Source: Octopus vulgaris
Taxonomy: Eukaryota
Direction: 5' to 3'
NCBI GenBank assembly: GCA_951406725.2
Contig: OX597814.1
Location: 215,016,001 to 215,080,000 of the forward strand
Length of the DNA stretch: 64,000 bases
The notes beneath the pieces are model-generated. The model saw only the letters and a program-made list of their open reading frames with translations, had not been told where the DNA came from and searched no databases. Both the position numbers and the translations under genes were made by a program. Positions 26,483 through 38,876 of the stretch are shown one piece after another (within the stretch, counting starts at the first letter, position 1; every line of letters begins with the position of its first letter).

Positions 26483-26782
26483 GTTTGTGTGTGTGCACGT
26501 GCGTGTAAAAATGCTATAAATAAACAGTAAAATCATTAAAGAAAATAATCAGTGGGTTGTATTTCTAATTTTAGAGATTTTACAGCCAAGTTTTTTAATG
26601 TTCAAAAACATTTATTATAAGTGCTCTTTATAGATAACTTATAGATAACTCGTATTTAATAATATGAAATAAACGTATTGCAAGAAGCAACTTAATATTC
26701 AGTATGACTGTAAGCGACATATATTTCAGAATATTATTTAATGTCACAGTGGATAATGTAAGATTATCAGCATTAGATTATC

Positions 26783-26954
26783 AGGTGTAGGAGTGGCTGT
26801 GTAGTAAGTAGCTTGCTTACCAACCACATGGTTCCGGGTTCAGTCCCACTGCGTGGCACCTTGGGCAAGTGTCTTCTACTATAGCCTCGGGCCGACCAAG
26901 GCCTTGTGAGTGGATTTGGTAGACGGAAACTGAAAGAATCCCGTCGTCTATATG

Positions 26955-27003
<49 letters not shown>

Positions 27004-27208
27004 GTATACGTTTGTGTGTCTGTGTTTGTCCCCCAACATCGCTTGTCAACCGATGGTAGTGTGTTTACGTCCCCGTAACTTAGCGGCTCAAAAGAGACCG
27101 ATAGAATAAGTACTAGGCTTACAAAAAATAAGTCCTGAGGGCGATTTGCTCGACTAAAGGCGGTGCTCCAGCATGGCCACAGTCATATGACTGAAACAAG
27201 TAAAAGAG
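26783..27208 (+). mobile_element. SINE family A
   Basis: Full-length match; short agattat TSD. Confidence 0.9.
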
Positions 27209-28622
27209 ATTATTATTGAAAAGAATTAAGACTTGTAATAAAATTAAAATGATTTAAGATACATCTACCCACGCTATTTCCATGGTTAGAAAGAGGTTAG
27301 ACATCTGATTTGGCATGGCTTCAGTTTATACCTGCTCAAGAGAGATGAGGTCAAAACCACTGATGGCATTTCCTTGTGTTTATGGTTATAACACTTTATT
27401 GTACAAAACTTTAGTTCAATCAGCAATTGATAATAATTAACAGGTCATCTTGGAATGCTATGTAAATCAATATGTTCTCCGTATCTCTACTGCGCTCCTT
27501 AGCCTTAAAGTGACGTTCATGATTTGCATTCTCGGAGCCTTCTAAGCTTGTGAGGCAGTTATATTGCATGCATCAAATATCCCAATGGATAAGATGTTGG
27601 CAGAAAACCTATAAGCAATGAAGTTCAGCTATTCTGATTGCAATTTATTATGTTTTTAGAAAGGCACAATTATTTCTATATAACATCATACCTGTTGAAA
27701 AAGATACAAGATAATCTGGGAGTGATACAAATGAGACATTCATTTCTCAACTTCTCTATACCATAGGTAAGCATTTGCTATTAAACGATTTTTGATATTT
27801 GAAAAACATTTTGATGAAATTACATTGCGATACATTAAATCCATCTAGAAAGCTTAAATTCGATAGAGTAGGTCCTTACTAGCCAAGTAAACTTTTTCTT
27901 CAAATTTATTCAGTAAGCTGTTTGGCAATGAGTGACTAATATATTTAACTATGCATGTTGCTCTACTATTTATTCATAACATAAGAACAAGGCCTCACAT
28001 TTGGTGGTGGTGGGGAAATTATTATCGAGTGAATCAACCACCGGTTCTGACTGATGCTAGGATGAAAGACAAAGCCGAAATTAGTGGAATTTGAACTAAG
28101 AAAGTGAAGGGATGTAACTAAATACCATAAAGTATTTTGTGTGAGGCTCCGCTCTGTTTTCTAATCTACCATCCTTTTGTTGTTCTCATATTATTAAGAA
28201 TTACAATCTACAGTTCTGCAAATGTATTAATGATATAATTATTAGTCTATTTGACTGTAATTTGAATGTCTTACTAGATTTATAAAACAAATTTGACAGA
28301 CGAATTATTGATTAATTTTTATATAAAAGTTGATTTATTTCTCCCTTTACTATTCTATTTCTGCGTCTCAGCTACCATATAAATTAAATGTAAACAAACT
28401 TACATCGTTTTTGCTGCTTTACTACTATTGACATGCCTGCTTATTGGCAATGATTCCATACCTTAGTAAAATAACAGAAATGTAACCGATTTAAATATTT
28501 ATAATTATTTTAATTAAATGTTTCGAAAAATATCACCTGTTTCTAATATAAAAGTGAAATTATTTTTTGATTGGTAAAAGAAGACCCGAGTTCAAGTTTC
28601 GTTTTATTGTTTTATAATATAT

Positions 28623-28852
28623 ATTTCTTTACTACCCACAAGGGGCTAAACATAGAGAGGACAAACAAGGATGGACAAAGGGATTAAGTCGATTACATTG
28701 ACCCCAGTGCGTAACTGGTACTTAATTTATCGACCCCGAAAGGATGAAAGGTAAAGTCGACCTCGACGGAATTTGAACTCAGAACTTAACGGCAGACGAA
28801 ATACGGCTACGCATTTCGCCCGCGGTGCTAACGTTTCTGCCAGCTCGCCGTC
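28623..28852 (-). mobile_element. SINE family B, full length
   Basis: Perfect 16-bp TSD ttgttttataatatat (28607, 28853). Confidence 0.93.
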
Positions 28853-29587
28853 TTGTTTTATAATATATGCTTCTCATATCTTTCATATGGGGATAAAAAG
28901 ATTACTAACATATTTAAAATATAGCTCATATAAAGAAAAGTAAAAGTATATTTAAGTCATCAAATATATTTGTGGGAGGCTTTCTTATATATCGTAAATC
29001 ATTATGAAAGCATAAACTACAGTTTGCCTCATTAGACGTAAGGCTGTTTTATCTACATTTTCTCCAACTTCATAGAGTTTGGTCATCTACTTGTCCGGAG
29101 ACTGGACGTTAGATAATCACTTCAGTTCTTCGTTATCTTGTATCAGTTGTGATATATTTCCATGATATTGTCACCATAATTGGTGGGATACTTTAACAAG
29201 TGTGCTTCAAATAATATGACTAGCTTTTATGGCAATACACATAAGTTTAGAAGCAATGTTCCCTTTGATCTGCAGAAATTTTATTCGATACTAAGCAGTT
29301 CAAAGACTCTCGTAACTTTTGATGCTGTTGCTGCTTCAAGAGCATTTTTTTGCAATATATTTCGTTATTTAACCTTAAGTATCTGTTGGAAATTATCTCC
29401 CTAAAATATTACCTCATTTCTCAGCAACTACCTAATTTTGTTTGCGGTCATTTCCAGTGATGGTATTATTACGAGTTCTTTGGGTTTTTTCTGATCAAGT
29501 AACAATAAATCTTAAGTAGACAGTTTAAATTGACTTTGTTAAGGGAGCGAAATTGTCAACTGCTTAATCAATCTCTCTATCTTTGTA

Positions 29588-29631
<44 letters not shown>

Positions 29632-30299
29632 ATTCTCTTTGCACACATACGCACACAAATATATGTATAACTTTTTTTTCCCCCACTTGTTGAGTCTGAG
29701 ATAGGACACGTATCTATTGCTTTTCCAGACCCTCCAAGACCAGAGAGAGTGATGTTATTTATTGTTTTTCCTTGAACCTATGTAAGTCAACGCCTGCGGG
29801 AATGCTATGAGCACAGAAGGAATTTTAATGATCTAGTTTTCTGGGAAGGAAAGACTGGATGTAGCGATTCATGCAAGGCTTGGAGTGTTGTATACAACTA
29901 GGTTGATAATAGAAGAGACATATAGAACGAGAATGATTCACTGGGAGTGGTGTGAGCCCAGCCAGTGCCGAGTAACAGAGACCATTGTAATAACGATCGA
30001 ATTGACAGGATAGAGTGGACAGTGCACTCATGGACCAGAGGCTGTGAGTAACTTTACCCAATTCAGTCGGATGTCACTTTTCTGGATGACTGTATGTGCA
30101 ACAGCAACAATATCGTCCCGAATATCAGAGTAATACTCCATTGTTGGCCTTACCTAAACCTTGTAGAGCATCAATAATCACTGGGGTATAAAATATCCTC
30201 TTACTCCACGATACTTTTTATTTCTTTACTGCCCACAAGTGGCTACATACAGATGAAAGGCAAAGTCAACCTCGGCAGAATTTGAACTCACAACGTAGC

Positions 30300-31068
30300 G
30301 TCAGTCCAGGCGCATTTTCCGCTGTTCGAAGCAGTGGTGGAGCTCTTGCGAAGTGATGTCTTTTAATGCCTCCGTCGTTTTTTTTCTTCACCTCTTCTAC
30401 ATCTGAAAATTCCGTGGTACAAGCTTTCGTCACCTGTGATGACCTTCGAAAGAAGATCCAGATCAATTTCAAACTGTCCTTTCAGTTAACAACAGGCATT
30501 TAGTCGTGACTACTTTTGATCTTCCGTAAGCAAGCGAGGCACATATTTTGCTGCAACTCTTTTCATTTGCAATTCCTCGCTCAAAATTTGTAGGTAGGAC
30601 ACAACAGTCATATCAAGATCGTCAATTGTTCGCTGACGGTCCTCCAAGATCACTTCATGAATTTTACTGATGTTTTTATTCGTTCGAGAGGTGTCGATGA
30701 TCGTCCTGAACGAGGTTGGTCTTCAAGCAACAAGTGACCATTCCTAAAGCGTGGAAATCACTCATAAACTTGTGTTTTGTTCATGCCAGCTTCCTTGTAA
30801 GCTGCTTTGGCCGCTACTTTCTTCGGCAGAAAGTAGAATTTCACGGAAGCACGCTGTTCCTTCGTTTCAGCCATCGCAAAAATCAGCGAACAGGAAAGAA
30901 GCAGTGCAAAACAAAGATGCATCACGTGGCAGTACGACTTCAGACGACGACAACAGTCGGCAGACTGATGCCTGAGGCTTGCATCAAGTAGCTTCTACCG
31001 GTGGAAGCCTGAAATACAATGAGTTTGTCCCACAAGAAACGTTTCCGGTTACTTTTGGGTACCTCTCG
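30300..31068 (-). mobile_element. Mariner-family transposon, 5' half, decayed
   Basis: TA|CGAGAGGTACCCAAAAGTAACCGGAA TIR; QVYE*FPRF (HTH) and DLLSKVITGDES (first catalytic D); no second TIR found. Confidence 0.75.
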
Positions 31069-31835
31069 TATGTCCTGATTCTTCGGTATTTCTGGATACT
31101 TCACTCCAGAGCAGCATGCATTTTTCTCTAACAACTAATGTTGTCCTTCCTGGCATACATGATTATTTTATTAAGAAATTCTTTATTCTGATCTTTATTT
31201 GTCTCCCAGCTCCTTGTAAATAAAACCTGAAACTGAAGTTCTTTTTTGTTTCGAGCATTATTATTGCAGTCGATTGTGGGTTTTATTGGAAGTATTTTGG
31301 TTGAATAATGTTTTAAATTTAATATTTAATATTTCTAACGAGCATTTATATTTCTCTCTGGACCCTATTTACCTCTTGGTTCGTGAGTTAAATTAGAGTG
31401 CTGAGCGTGTATTCGTAATTATATCCTCAAACATCTGCCAAGTTGCTTTGATATCTAAAGAAACGTATGTTGATCAATAGTCGACAAGAATTAGCCAATG
31501 TTTTGTGCAGATTTATATTGACAATTATGTGCATTTTGTTGAATACGTTTGACCTAAAGTTGGAACGCTGGTAACTACGGTTACGGTGTACTATATTCTT
31601 GTCTGAATGAAAAGTATTTTTTCAATTGAGATAAGGATGGTACTGGGGTAGTTACCGAACTTTAGGTTCAAATACTTTTGGGGTACCTCGTTGCATCAAT
31701 TACGAAATGTGACACGATAAATCACCTTTGAAACTGAATAGTGTCTCTACTGAGGTTGAAATATGATAACATGATTTCAGGGTTTTTGTGAGACAAAGCA
31801 TATAAAGAAATTTGGAATCGCCATTCAATGATTAT

Positions 31836-32310
31836 TAGTTAGTTAGTTAGTTAATTTTTGGCTCAAAAAGCAAAAAAGCAAGGCCATGTAGGGGGACATG
31901 GAGTTATGTACAGGGTGCTGTTCATGTAAAGAGTTCAGGCCACTTGTGGTCAAGGGAGACTTTGAACCGAGCGGTCGTCGGCATCTTCCCCATCTCGTCC
32001 GGCAGCTTATTCCACGGATCCGCAACCCGGACGGAGAAAGCCCCTCTCCTTCGATTGAGATGAAATCGACGCAGATAGAGCTTTTCGGAGTGACCCCCGC
32101 AGCCGACGCTCTGGAGCAGGAGTGAAGAACAGCTCTTTCGAGAGGTTACACTTTCCGCTTATGATGTTGTGGGCAAGAATGAGATCACCACGGTATATGA
32201 TTCTTGATGTACATTTTCGGATGAATGATTTGGTTTTGTTAACGCACTTTCTGGAACCGCTACAGAAGCATTTAAGATGGCCTGGAGAGTCCACGCATGT
32301 TTGGGTCCTT
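31836..32310 (-). mobile_element. CR1/L2-like LINE 3' end
   Basis: YRGDLILAHNIISG...ELFFTPAPERRLRG C-terminal motif and a (CTAA)n tail. Confidence 0.7.
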
Positions 32311-32817
32311 AACATTATTGTCTACAGATACAGTATAGCAAGAGTCATTAGAAATCGTATCCTAGTTGAGAAAGTGGCTTCCATTTTTATATATTTCTTT
32401 ATTATTATATTTTTTTGATCTTCGTTATCTACACTGATGATAAGTCAGTTTGTAAACTTCACCTCAGTATCCGGGTCGAAATTGTTGAAGTGAATCTCAG
32501 TTAGGATGACGAAAGTGGTGGGGAGCATTTGTTCAACTATCTTACTCTCTATGTATAGGATCTCTAATTTCGTGCAATGACGAATGGGCTGACGCCTTGT
32601 GCTTAACTGGGAATGTGGAAATCGAGGTGGTTGCTTATTGTGCTAGTTCAAAGGCTTTCTATTTTTCTAGCTATTATTTATAAGCAACATTAAGGTGTTG
32701 TTTGAGTGCTGAGATGTGGGATAGTGGTGACAGTGATGTTGAGTTTTTTTGTGGATTGTAAGCTTTCTCTGTATGTCTTAGACTATATTTAGCAAGTCCA
32801 TATTTAGACTACATTTA

Positions 32818-33048
32818 GGCGGCGAGCTGGCAGAAACGTTAGCGCGCCGGGCGTAATGCTTAGCGGTATTTCGTCTGTCGTTACGTTCTGAGTTCAAATT
32901 CCGCCGAGGTCGACTTTGCCTTTCATCCTTTTGGGGTCGATAAATAAAGTACCAGTTTCGCACTGGGGTCGATGTAATCGACTTAATCCGTTTGTCTCTC
33001 CTTGTTTGTCTCCTCTATGTTTAACCCCTTGTGGGCAGTAAAGAAATA
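32818..33048 (+). mobile_element. SINE family B, full length
   Basis: GGCGGCGAGCTGGCAGAAACGTTAG head; 15-bp TSD tatatttagcaagtc (32784, 33049). Confidence 0.92.
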
Positions 33049-33126
33049 TATATTTAGCAAGTCTAAAAATATTTTCTCTTCCCACGATGCTTCATCACTG
33101 TAATCAGTGTATAGCTGCATTGCCTA

Positions 33127-33223
<97 letters not shown>

Positions 33224-33758
33224 TGTGTGTGTATGTGTGTGTGTGTGTGTGTGTGTGTAATGTTACCAAAAACCCAATGAAAGGCCATAAAAGCACTCTT
33301 TCTCTCCTGGTGAGAAGTTTTTAATAAATGAAACTAGAACGTTCATGTATATATTCACATGCATACATATGTAGACATGTATGTATATCTCTAATGTTAT
33401 AAAGTTAAGGGAAAAAAAATTACAAAACGTTAATCCATTGTCATTTATTTTGTAAAAAGCCAGTGCTTTCATGTTGAAGGCTAGATTGTAGACAATTGTC
33501 TCCGCAATCTAAGTTTAGTTTATGCTCGGATTTAGGTTGAGTACTTTCTAACTATCTATGTTGGGAATATTTTTGAACATTTAATAAAATTTCTTGTTGA
33601 AATAGGGATATAATTTGGTGAAACGAAGGGTTCATATCAAACAGTTGAACACGGAAAATACTGTCTTCCAAACTGTCTAGAATTCTAGACTTTATTGAAC
33701 ATTAGCCTTCGTTTTAGCAGTACGAAATTATCACATTTTAGGTTCATTAATGTGTGAA

Positions 33759-34091
33759 GGCGCATGGCTCAGTGGTTAGAAGGTCGAGCTTACGATCGTG
33801 AGGTTGTGAGCTCGAGTCCTGGACCAGGCTGCGTGTTGTGTTCTTGAGCAAGACACTTTATTTCACGTTGCTCCAGTTCACTCAACTGTAGAAATGAGTT
33901 GCGACGTCACAGGTACAAAGCTGTATCAGCCCTTGCGTTTCCCTTGGATAACACTGGTGGCGTGGAGAGGGGAGGCCGGTACGCATGGGCGACTGCTGGT
34001 CTTCCATAAACAACCTTGCCGGGACTTGTGCCAGGGAGGGTAACTTTCTAGGTGCAGTCCCATAGTCAGTGTCGTGATCGAAGGGGGTCTT
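33759..34091 (+). mobile_element. SINE family C
   Basis: Homologous to 12043-12380; aatgtgtg TSD. Confidence 0.9.
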
Positions 34092-34645
34092 AGAATGTGT
34101 GGTCCACACGTAGCTAAAATGTAAACGCTAGATGTACATGAATAATGTTTTTTGTATATTTATTGTGTCTGAAAGATGACGTGGATAATTAAAGTCATAC
34201 AACTTAGATATATTTCCTATCATACTAATGCAGTATTTATGCTCTATGGTGGGTTTCGGTTTACCACAGGTAACTGCTACTTCATATATTATCCTCTCTA
34301 CATCGCGTGTATGGCCGGCTGAACACGCATTAGTATTTTTCCCGTGCATTTAGTCTTTAGTTATAGTTTTCATGTCTGGAGTTTGTTGTATTTACTTTGA
34401 TGCTGGATAATTTATTGTAGCAATTAATAGGAAAATGCTTTTCTGTTTGAAATTTTCTTGGAATATTTGATGAAACGTTTAAGAGAAAAGAAGCTGTGAA
34501 TGTAGTAAGCCTACAAGGGTTGATCGCTATTTTGAAAGGCATGAGTTAGAGGTGTAGTTAATGGTAACTTTGAAGCTGTACGCAGGTAAAGTATTATTGT
34601 AATATGGGACCCCCATATCGAAAACTGCTTATATATATATATTAT

Positions 34646-35022
34646 AGGCGCAGGTGTGCCTGTGTGGTAAGAAGTTTTGCTTCTGATCCTCATGGTTCTG
34701 GGTACAGTCCCACTACGTAGCACCTTGGGCGAGGGTCTTCTACTATAGCCGTGGGCCGACCAAGGTTTTATGAGTGGATTTGGAGGACGGAGGCTGAAAG
34801 AAGCCCGTCGTATATGTGTGTGCGTGTTTGTATTTATTTTTGTCCCCCACCACCGCTTAACAACCGGCGTTGGGGTGTTTTACGTCCACGTAACTTATCG
34901 GTTCGGCAAAAGAGACCGATAGAATGAATACCAGACATTAAAAAAAGAGTATTGGGATCGATTCGCCCCATTAAAATTCTTCAAGGTGGTGCTCCAGCAT
35001 GGCCACAATCTAATGACTGAAA
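34646..35022 (+). mobile_element. SINE family A (older, diverged)
   Basis: aggcgcaggtgtgcctgtgtgg...gctccagcatggcc. Confidence 0.85.
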
Positions 35023-35062
35023 TATGTATTATATGTATGTGTGCGTATATATATACACACAC

Positions 35063-35108
<46 letters not shown>

Positions 35109-35112
35109 ATAT

Positions 35113-35459
35113 AAAGGGTAAAGACCCCCTTCGGTCATGAGTGACCATGGGTTTGCACCTAGAGAGTTACCCTCTGAGGCACAAGTCTGGGCAAGGTTGT
35201 TTTTTGTTTTTTTTTATGGAAGACCAGTAGTCGCCCATGCATACCGGCCTCCCCTCTCCACGTCACTGATGTTATCCAAGGGAAAGACAAAGGTCGATAC
35301 AGCTTGGCACCTGTGACGTCGCAACTCATTTCTACAGCTGAGTGAACTGGAGCAACGTGAAATAAAGTGTCTTGCTCAAGAACACAACACGCAGCCCGGT
35401 CCGGGATTCGAGCTCACAACCTCACGATCGTAAGCTCGACGCTCTAACCACTGAGCCAT
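35113..35459 (-). mobile_element. SINE family C
   Basis: Reverse complement of 12043-12380; inserted in (TA)n. Confidence 0.9.
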
Positions 35460-36159
35460 ATATATATATATATACATCTATACATACATACATATATTGT
35501 TTGGTTATAGATAAAAAAAAGTTGAACATTGAGGTTACAGAGTACACAATAATTTTCTGTAGAGTACTGTGTTTATTTATTCATTTATGTATTTATTTAT
35601 TCTACAAGAACAAGTTGGACCAAAATATGTTTTGTAATTGCAAATCTATACACACACACATATATATATATATATGTATAGATACCTATACATGCACATG
35701 AATGTGACGCGCTATTACTTTTTTTGTGTTGTTTACATTAGGCAAAAGTTTTTGTAAATATTGTTTATCGTTACACCCAATGCGGTCTATATTTGACCTA
35801 CATTCCCCGAGATACGGTAATCAGTTAAACAATGGATTTTCTTTTCTTAAGTTAAATTATTTATGAGTTGCGCAATATTTCATTCAGCTTATTGAATAAA
35901 AACTTACTAGATCAACTCCAGGTAATTGTCCCTGCTCTGAAATCACAATCTAAAACCTGAATTTTTAAAATTAAAACTTTTATTTTTAGTACTTAATTGT
36001 TTATTGTATTGAGAATCCGCTAAAGATTACTTGTCTAACAGGTACCGGATGAGAAATATTTTTTTTTATAAATAATGAAAATACTACGATAAAAACATAA
36101 CTTACAGGATGATCTGTTATATATGAAGCTAAGAGCTGATAGGCTTATTTGGATTATTA

Positions 36160-36347
36160 TAACAATATACGTCACACAGCAAAAGCATTTGTTTCATTGA
36201 AAATCAATAATGGTGAAACTAGTGGGTGTATATTGTCAATGACTTCCTGTGAAGAAGTCACTCTGCAACACAACCTACTACAAGTCGTGTCCTATTGCTG
36301 TTAGTTGCAGGAATGCTATTTTAAAGAATGTAATTCATACTGTAAGT
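36160..36347 (+). promoter_or_regulatory. Candidate FOXRED2 promoter / non-coding first exon
   Basis: The ATG exon is preceded by a splice acceptor, implying an upstream exon. This repeat-free stretch has ACGTCA (36169), ETS-like ACTTCCTG (36242) and a strong donor GTAAGT at 36342. Confidence 0.35.
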
Positions 36348-38382
36348 TCAAACAATATTATTTCAGTAGTTTGAGAAAAGAAAGAATCTGGTATGGTATA
36401 CCGTTTGTACCTATCTTCTTCTTCTTCTTCTTCTTCTTCTTCTTCTTCTTTTCGTCGTCGTCATCATCATCATCATCAGCAGCAGCAGCAGCAGTATTAT
36501 TATTATTATGTTTTTTTTTTTTAATTGCATTTAGTTAGCGGTGTTTACAAAACACCTTATTGCAGTTAATTAGCTGAGTTGAATGCTTATGATTTTCTTT
36601 AAAATCTTATAATTTCTCATTGTTTTCGCAATATTTCTTTCTATAGCTTCTTAATATCTCCAAATTCCACATTCCCCGATTTCATATCTTTCTATTTCTC
36701 TTCTCATTTTCTACCCCGTTTTTCCTCTCCCTTCTGCTTGTCTGTCAGTCTGTCCGTCCGTCTGTCTTCCTCTTTCCCCATTTATTCACTGATAGCCTAT
36801 CCTTCTTTTTCCTCTTTCATACTTTATATCCTATGCATTTCTTTTCCTTTCTACTTTTCACATATCCTTCATTGTTGCACTCCACCACTCATTTTCCGTC
36901 TCTCACACCTTCTCTCCGTAACAACCTCGTTTTATTCCACTAAACTCGCTTAAGTTGTAAGAACATTTTTTGTTTTTCTCTCGCTATTTTCCTCTCATAC
37001 ACCGTCTTCTTATCTCTTTCTTATATTTCTATCACTCTCTTTTCCCAAACTTTCATTTTTATCTATAGATTTTTCTTTCTTGCTGCTTGTCAAAAAGTCA
37101 AACATGTTACTATTTGTTTATTATTAATCTTTCACCTTATCTGTTGATCTTTCTCACTCACTTTCTCTCTCTTTCTTCTTTTCTCTCTCTTCTATCTCAC
37201 GCATCTCCCCTCACCTTTCGTTCTTTCTTTTCAATGCTTATATTTTCCCCCTATTTATCTTCTCTCTACCTCTACTTTTCTCCACTTTTTATTTTCTTCT
37301 CTTTCTCGTTTTCTCAACTTTGAATTTCTCTCTCTGCAGCTTTGATCGTTTTCTTTTTTGTGTATGTGTGTACATATTTCTTTTTGTTTTATTTCCTGTC
37401 ACTGTTTTCCTTATTATTCTGGTTGTCGGTCTCTCGCTTCCTAGTTTCCTCTTCTTTGTTGATGTTGTCCTGTCCTCTTTGTCTTTACGTGTTTATTACG
37501 TTTTAGTCATATATTTATCTATGCCTTATATGTATAATCCAGTCTGATTTTAGTACCTTCCTGCATATCTAAAGTAGAGTATCTAGTCTCTTTCAATTCT
37601 TAACGTTAGTTAAAATTTTAAACTATATTTTTAGCTACTTCCTATAATTGTTTTTGTTTAGCTTCAGGTCAGCTTTGATTGAGCAGACCTATGGTCAAAC
37701 GCATTATAAAATGACCCTCCATCTTATTAATAATATACCACTTTTCTAGGACTACATTATCAAACGTTTCCGTGGTTTTTGTTACGATAGATGTGATCTA
37801 AGGGAGTTTTAGCAGTTGGGTGACTAATTTTCCTGTTAGTTCTGCTGACTATTACAATTGCATCATTTACTGTATTCTTATTGACTTAATACGCTTAACA
37901 GCATTGCGTTTCTTTTCGAAATGCTCTTCTGACAACTTTTTGGTGAAGTTTAAGTTGTACAAGTTAAGAATAATTTCTGTTTACTTCTATAAGTATTAGA
38001 ACTAGAAATCAACTGCTTACTTGGAATGAAGAACCCCAAGATCTTATACAGAAGTGCTGCTACCAAACATAAAGCAAACACCATGACTGATTACAAATTA
38101 CCCTTGTATAAACCTGCCTGTTAAAGTTATTTGTTTTAATTTTTAAAACCAGTAAAGAATATTCAAAGAAAGCCATAAAAAAGTAGGCAGAAAAATTTGA
38201 AGCAAGGTGACTTATAACAAAGTTTCTTTCCTCATGTTTGAAGGCAGAGTTACGTTGGTTCTTAACTACCTCAATATTTAACACCAGCTAATCCTCAACA
38301 ATGATTATAGTTCTTATTTATCTCAGTTGTCTAATCCATCCTTATTTTATCAGTTATCTAAATGATATGATCAGCATGTATG

Positions 38383-38446
<64 letters not shown>

Positions 38447-38545
38447 TTAACAGGCTTCCTGTACATTTATTATCATAGATTTACAAGCTAGTATTATATA
38501 TATAAGAGAAAATACCTATATGAAAAGCATTTTATGTTATGTGGG

Positions 38546-38631
<86 letters not shown>

Positions 38632-38659
38632 TTTTGCAGATCTTGTGAGGACTTTAACA

Positions 38660-38876
38660 ATGCAGTTCTTTCCGAAAAGAATCTTCATACAATTTGGGAC
38701 CATCTTTGCTCTGTTGGTATTTAACAGTCTTACAAAAGTTGATGGACAAACACAACAAACAAGCTCACACCATGATTACTGTATCATCGGAGCTGGACCG
38801 TCAGGACTTCAAATGGGATATTTCCTAGAAAAATCTGGGAGGGATTACATAATTTTTGAAAGAACAAATACCTCAG
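38660..38876 (+). CDS. FOXRED2: FOXRED2 coding exon 1 (signal peptide + FAD-binding GxGxxG)
   Basis: Acceptor ttttgcag ends 38639; ATG at 38660. Encodes [29 protein letters not shown] (hydrophobic, signal-like), then [32 protein letters not shown] (Rossmann motif typical of the FOXRED2 N-terminus). Donor CAG|GTTGGT, phase 1. Confidence 0.93.

Noticed and set aside
25943-26530. 195-aa ORF with a mirrored antisense ORF
   Set aside because: A consequence of the inverted repeat and microsatellites.
29000-29560. Possible decayed DNA-transposase remnant (also 40700-41800 and 42500-43300)
   Set aside because: Only vague motif hints, no TIRs or ORF; cannot be supported without a search.
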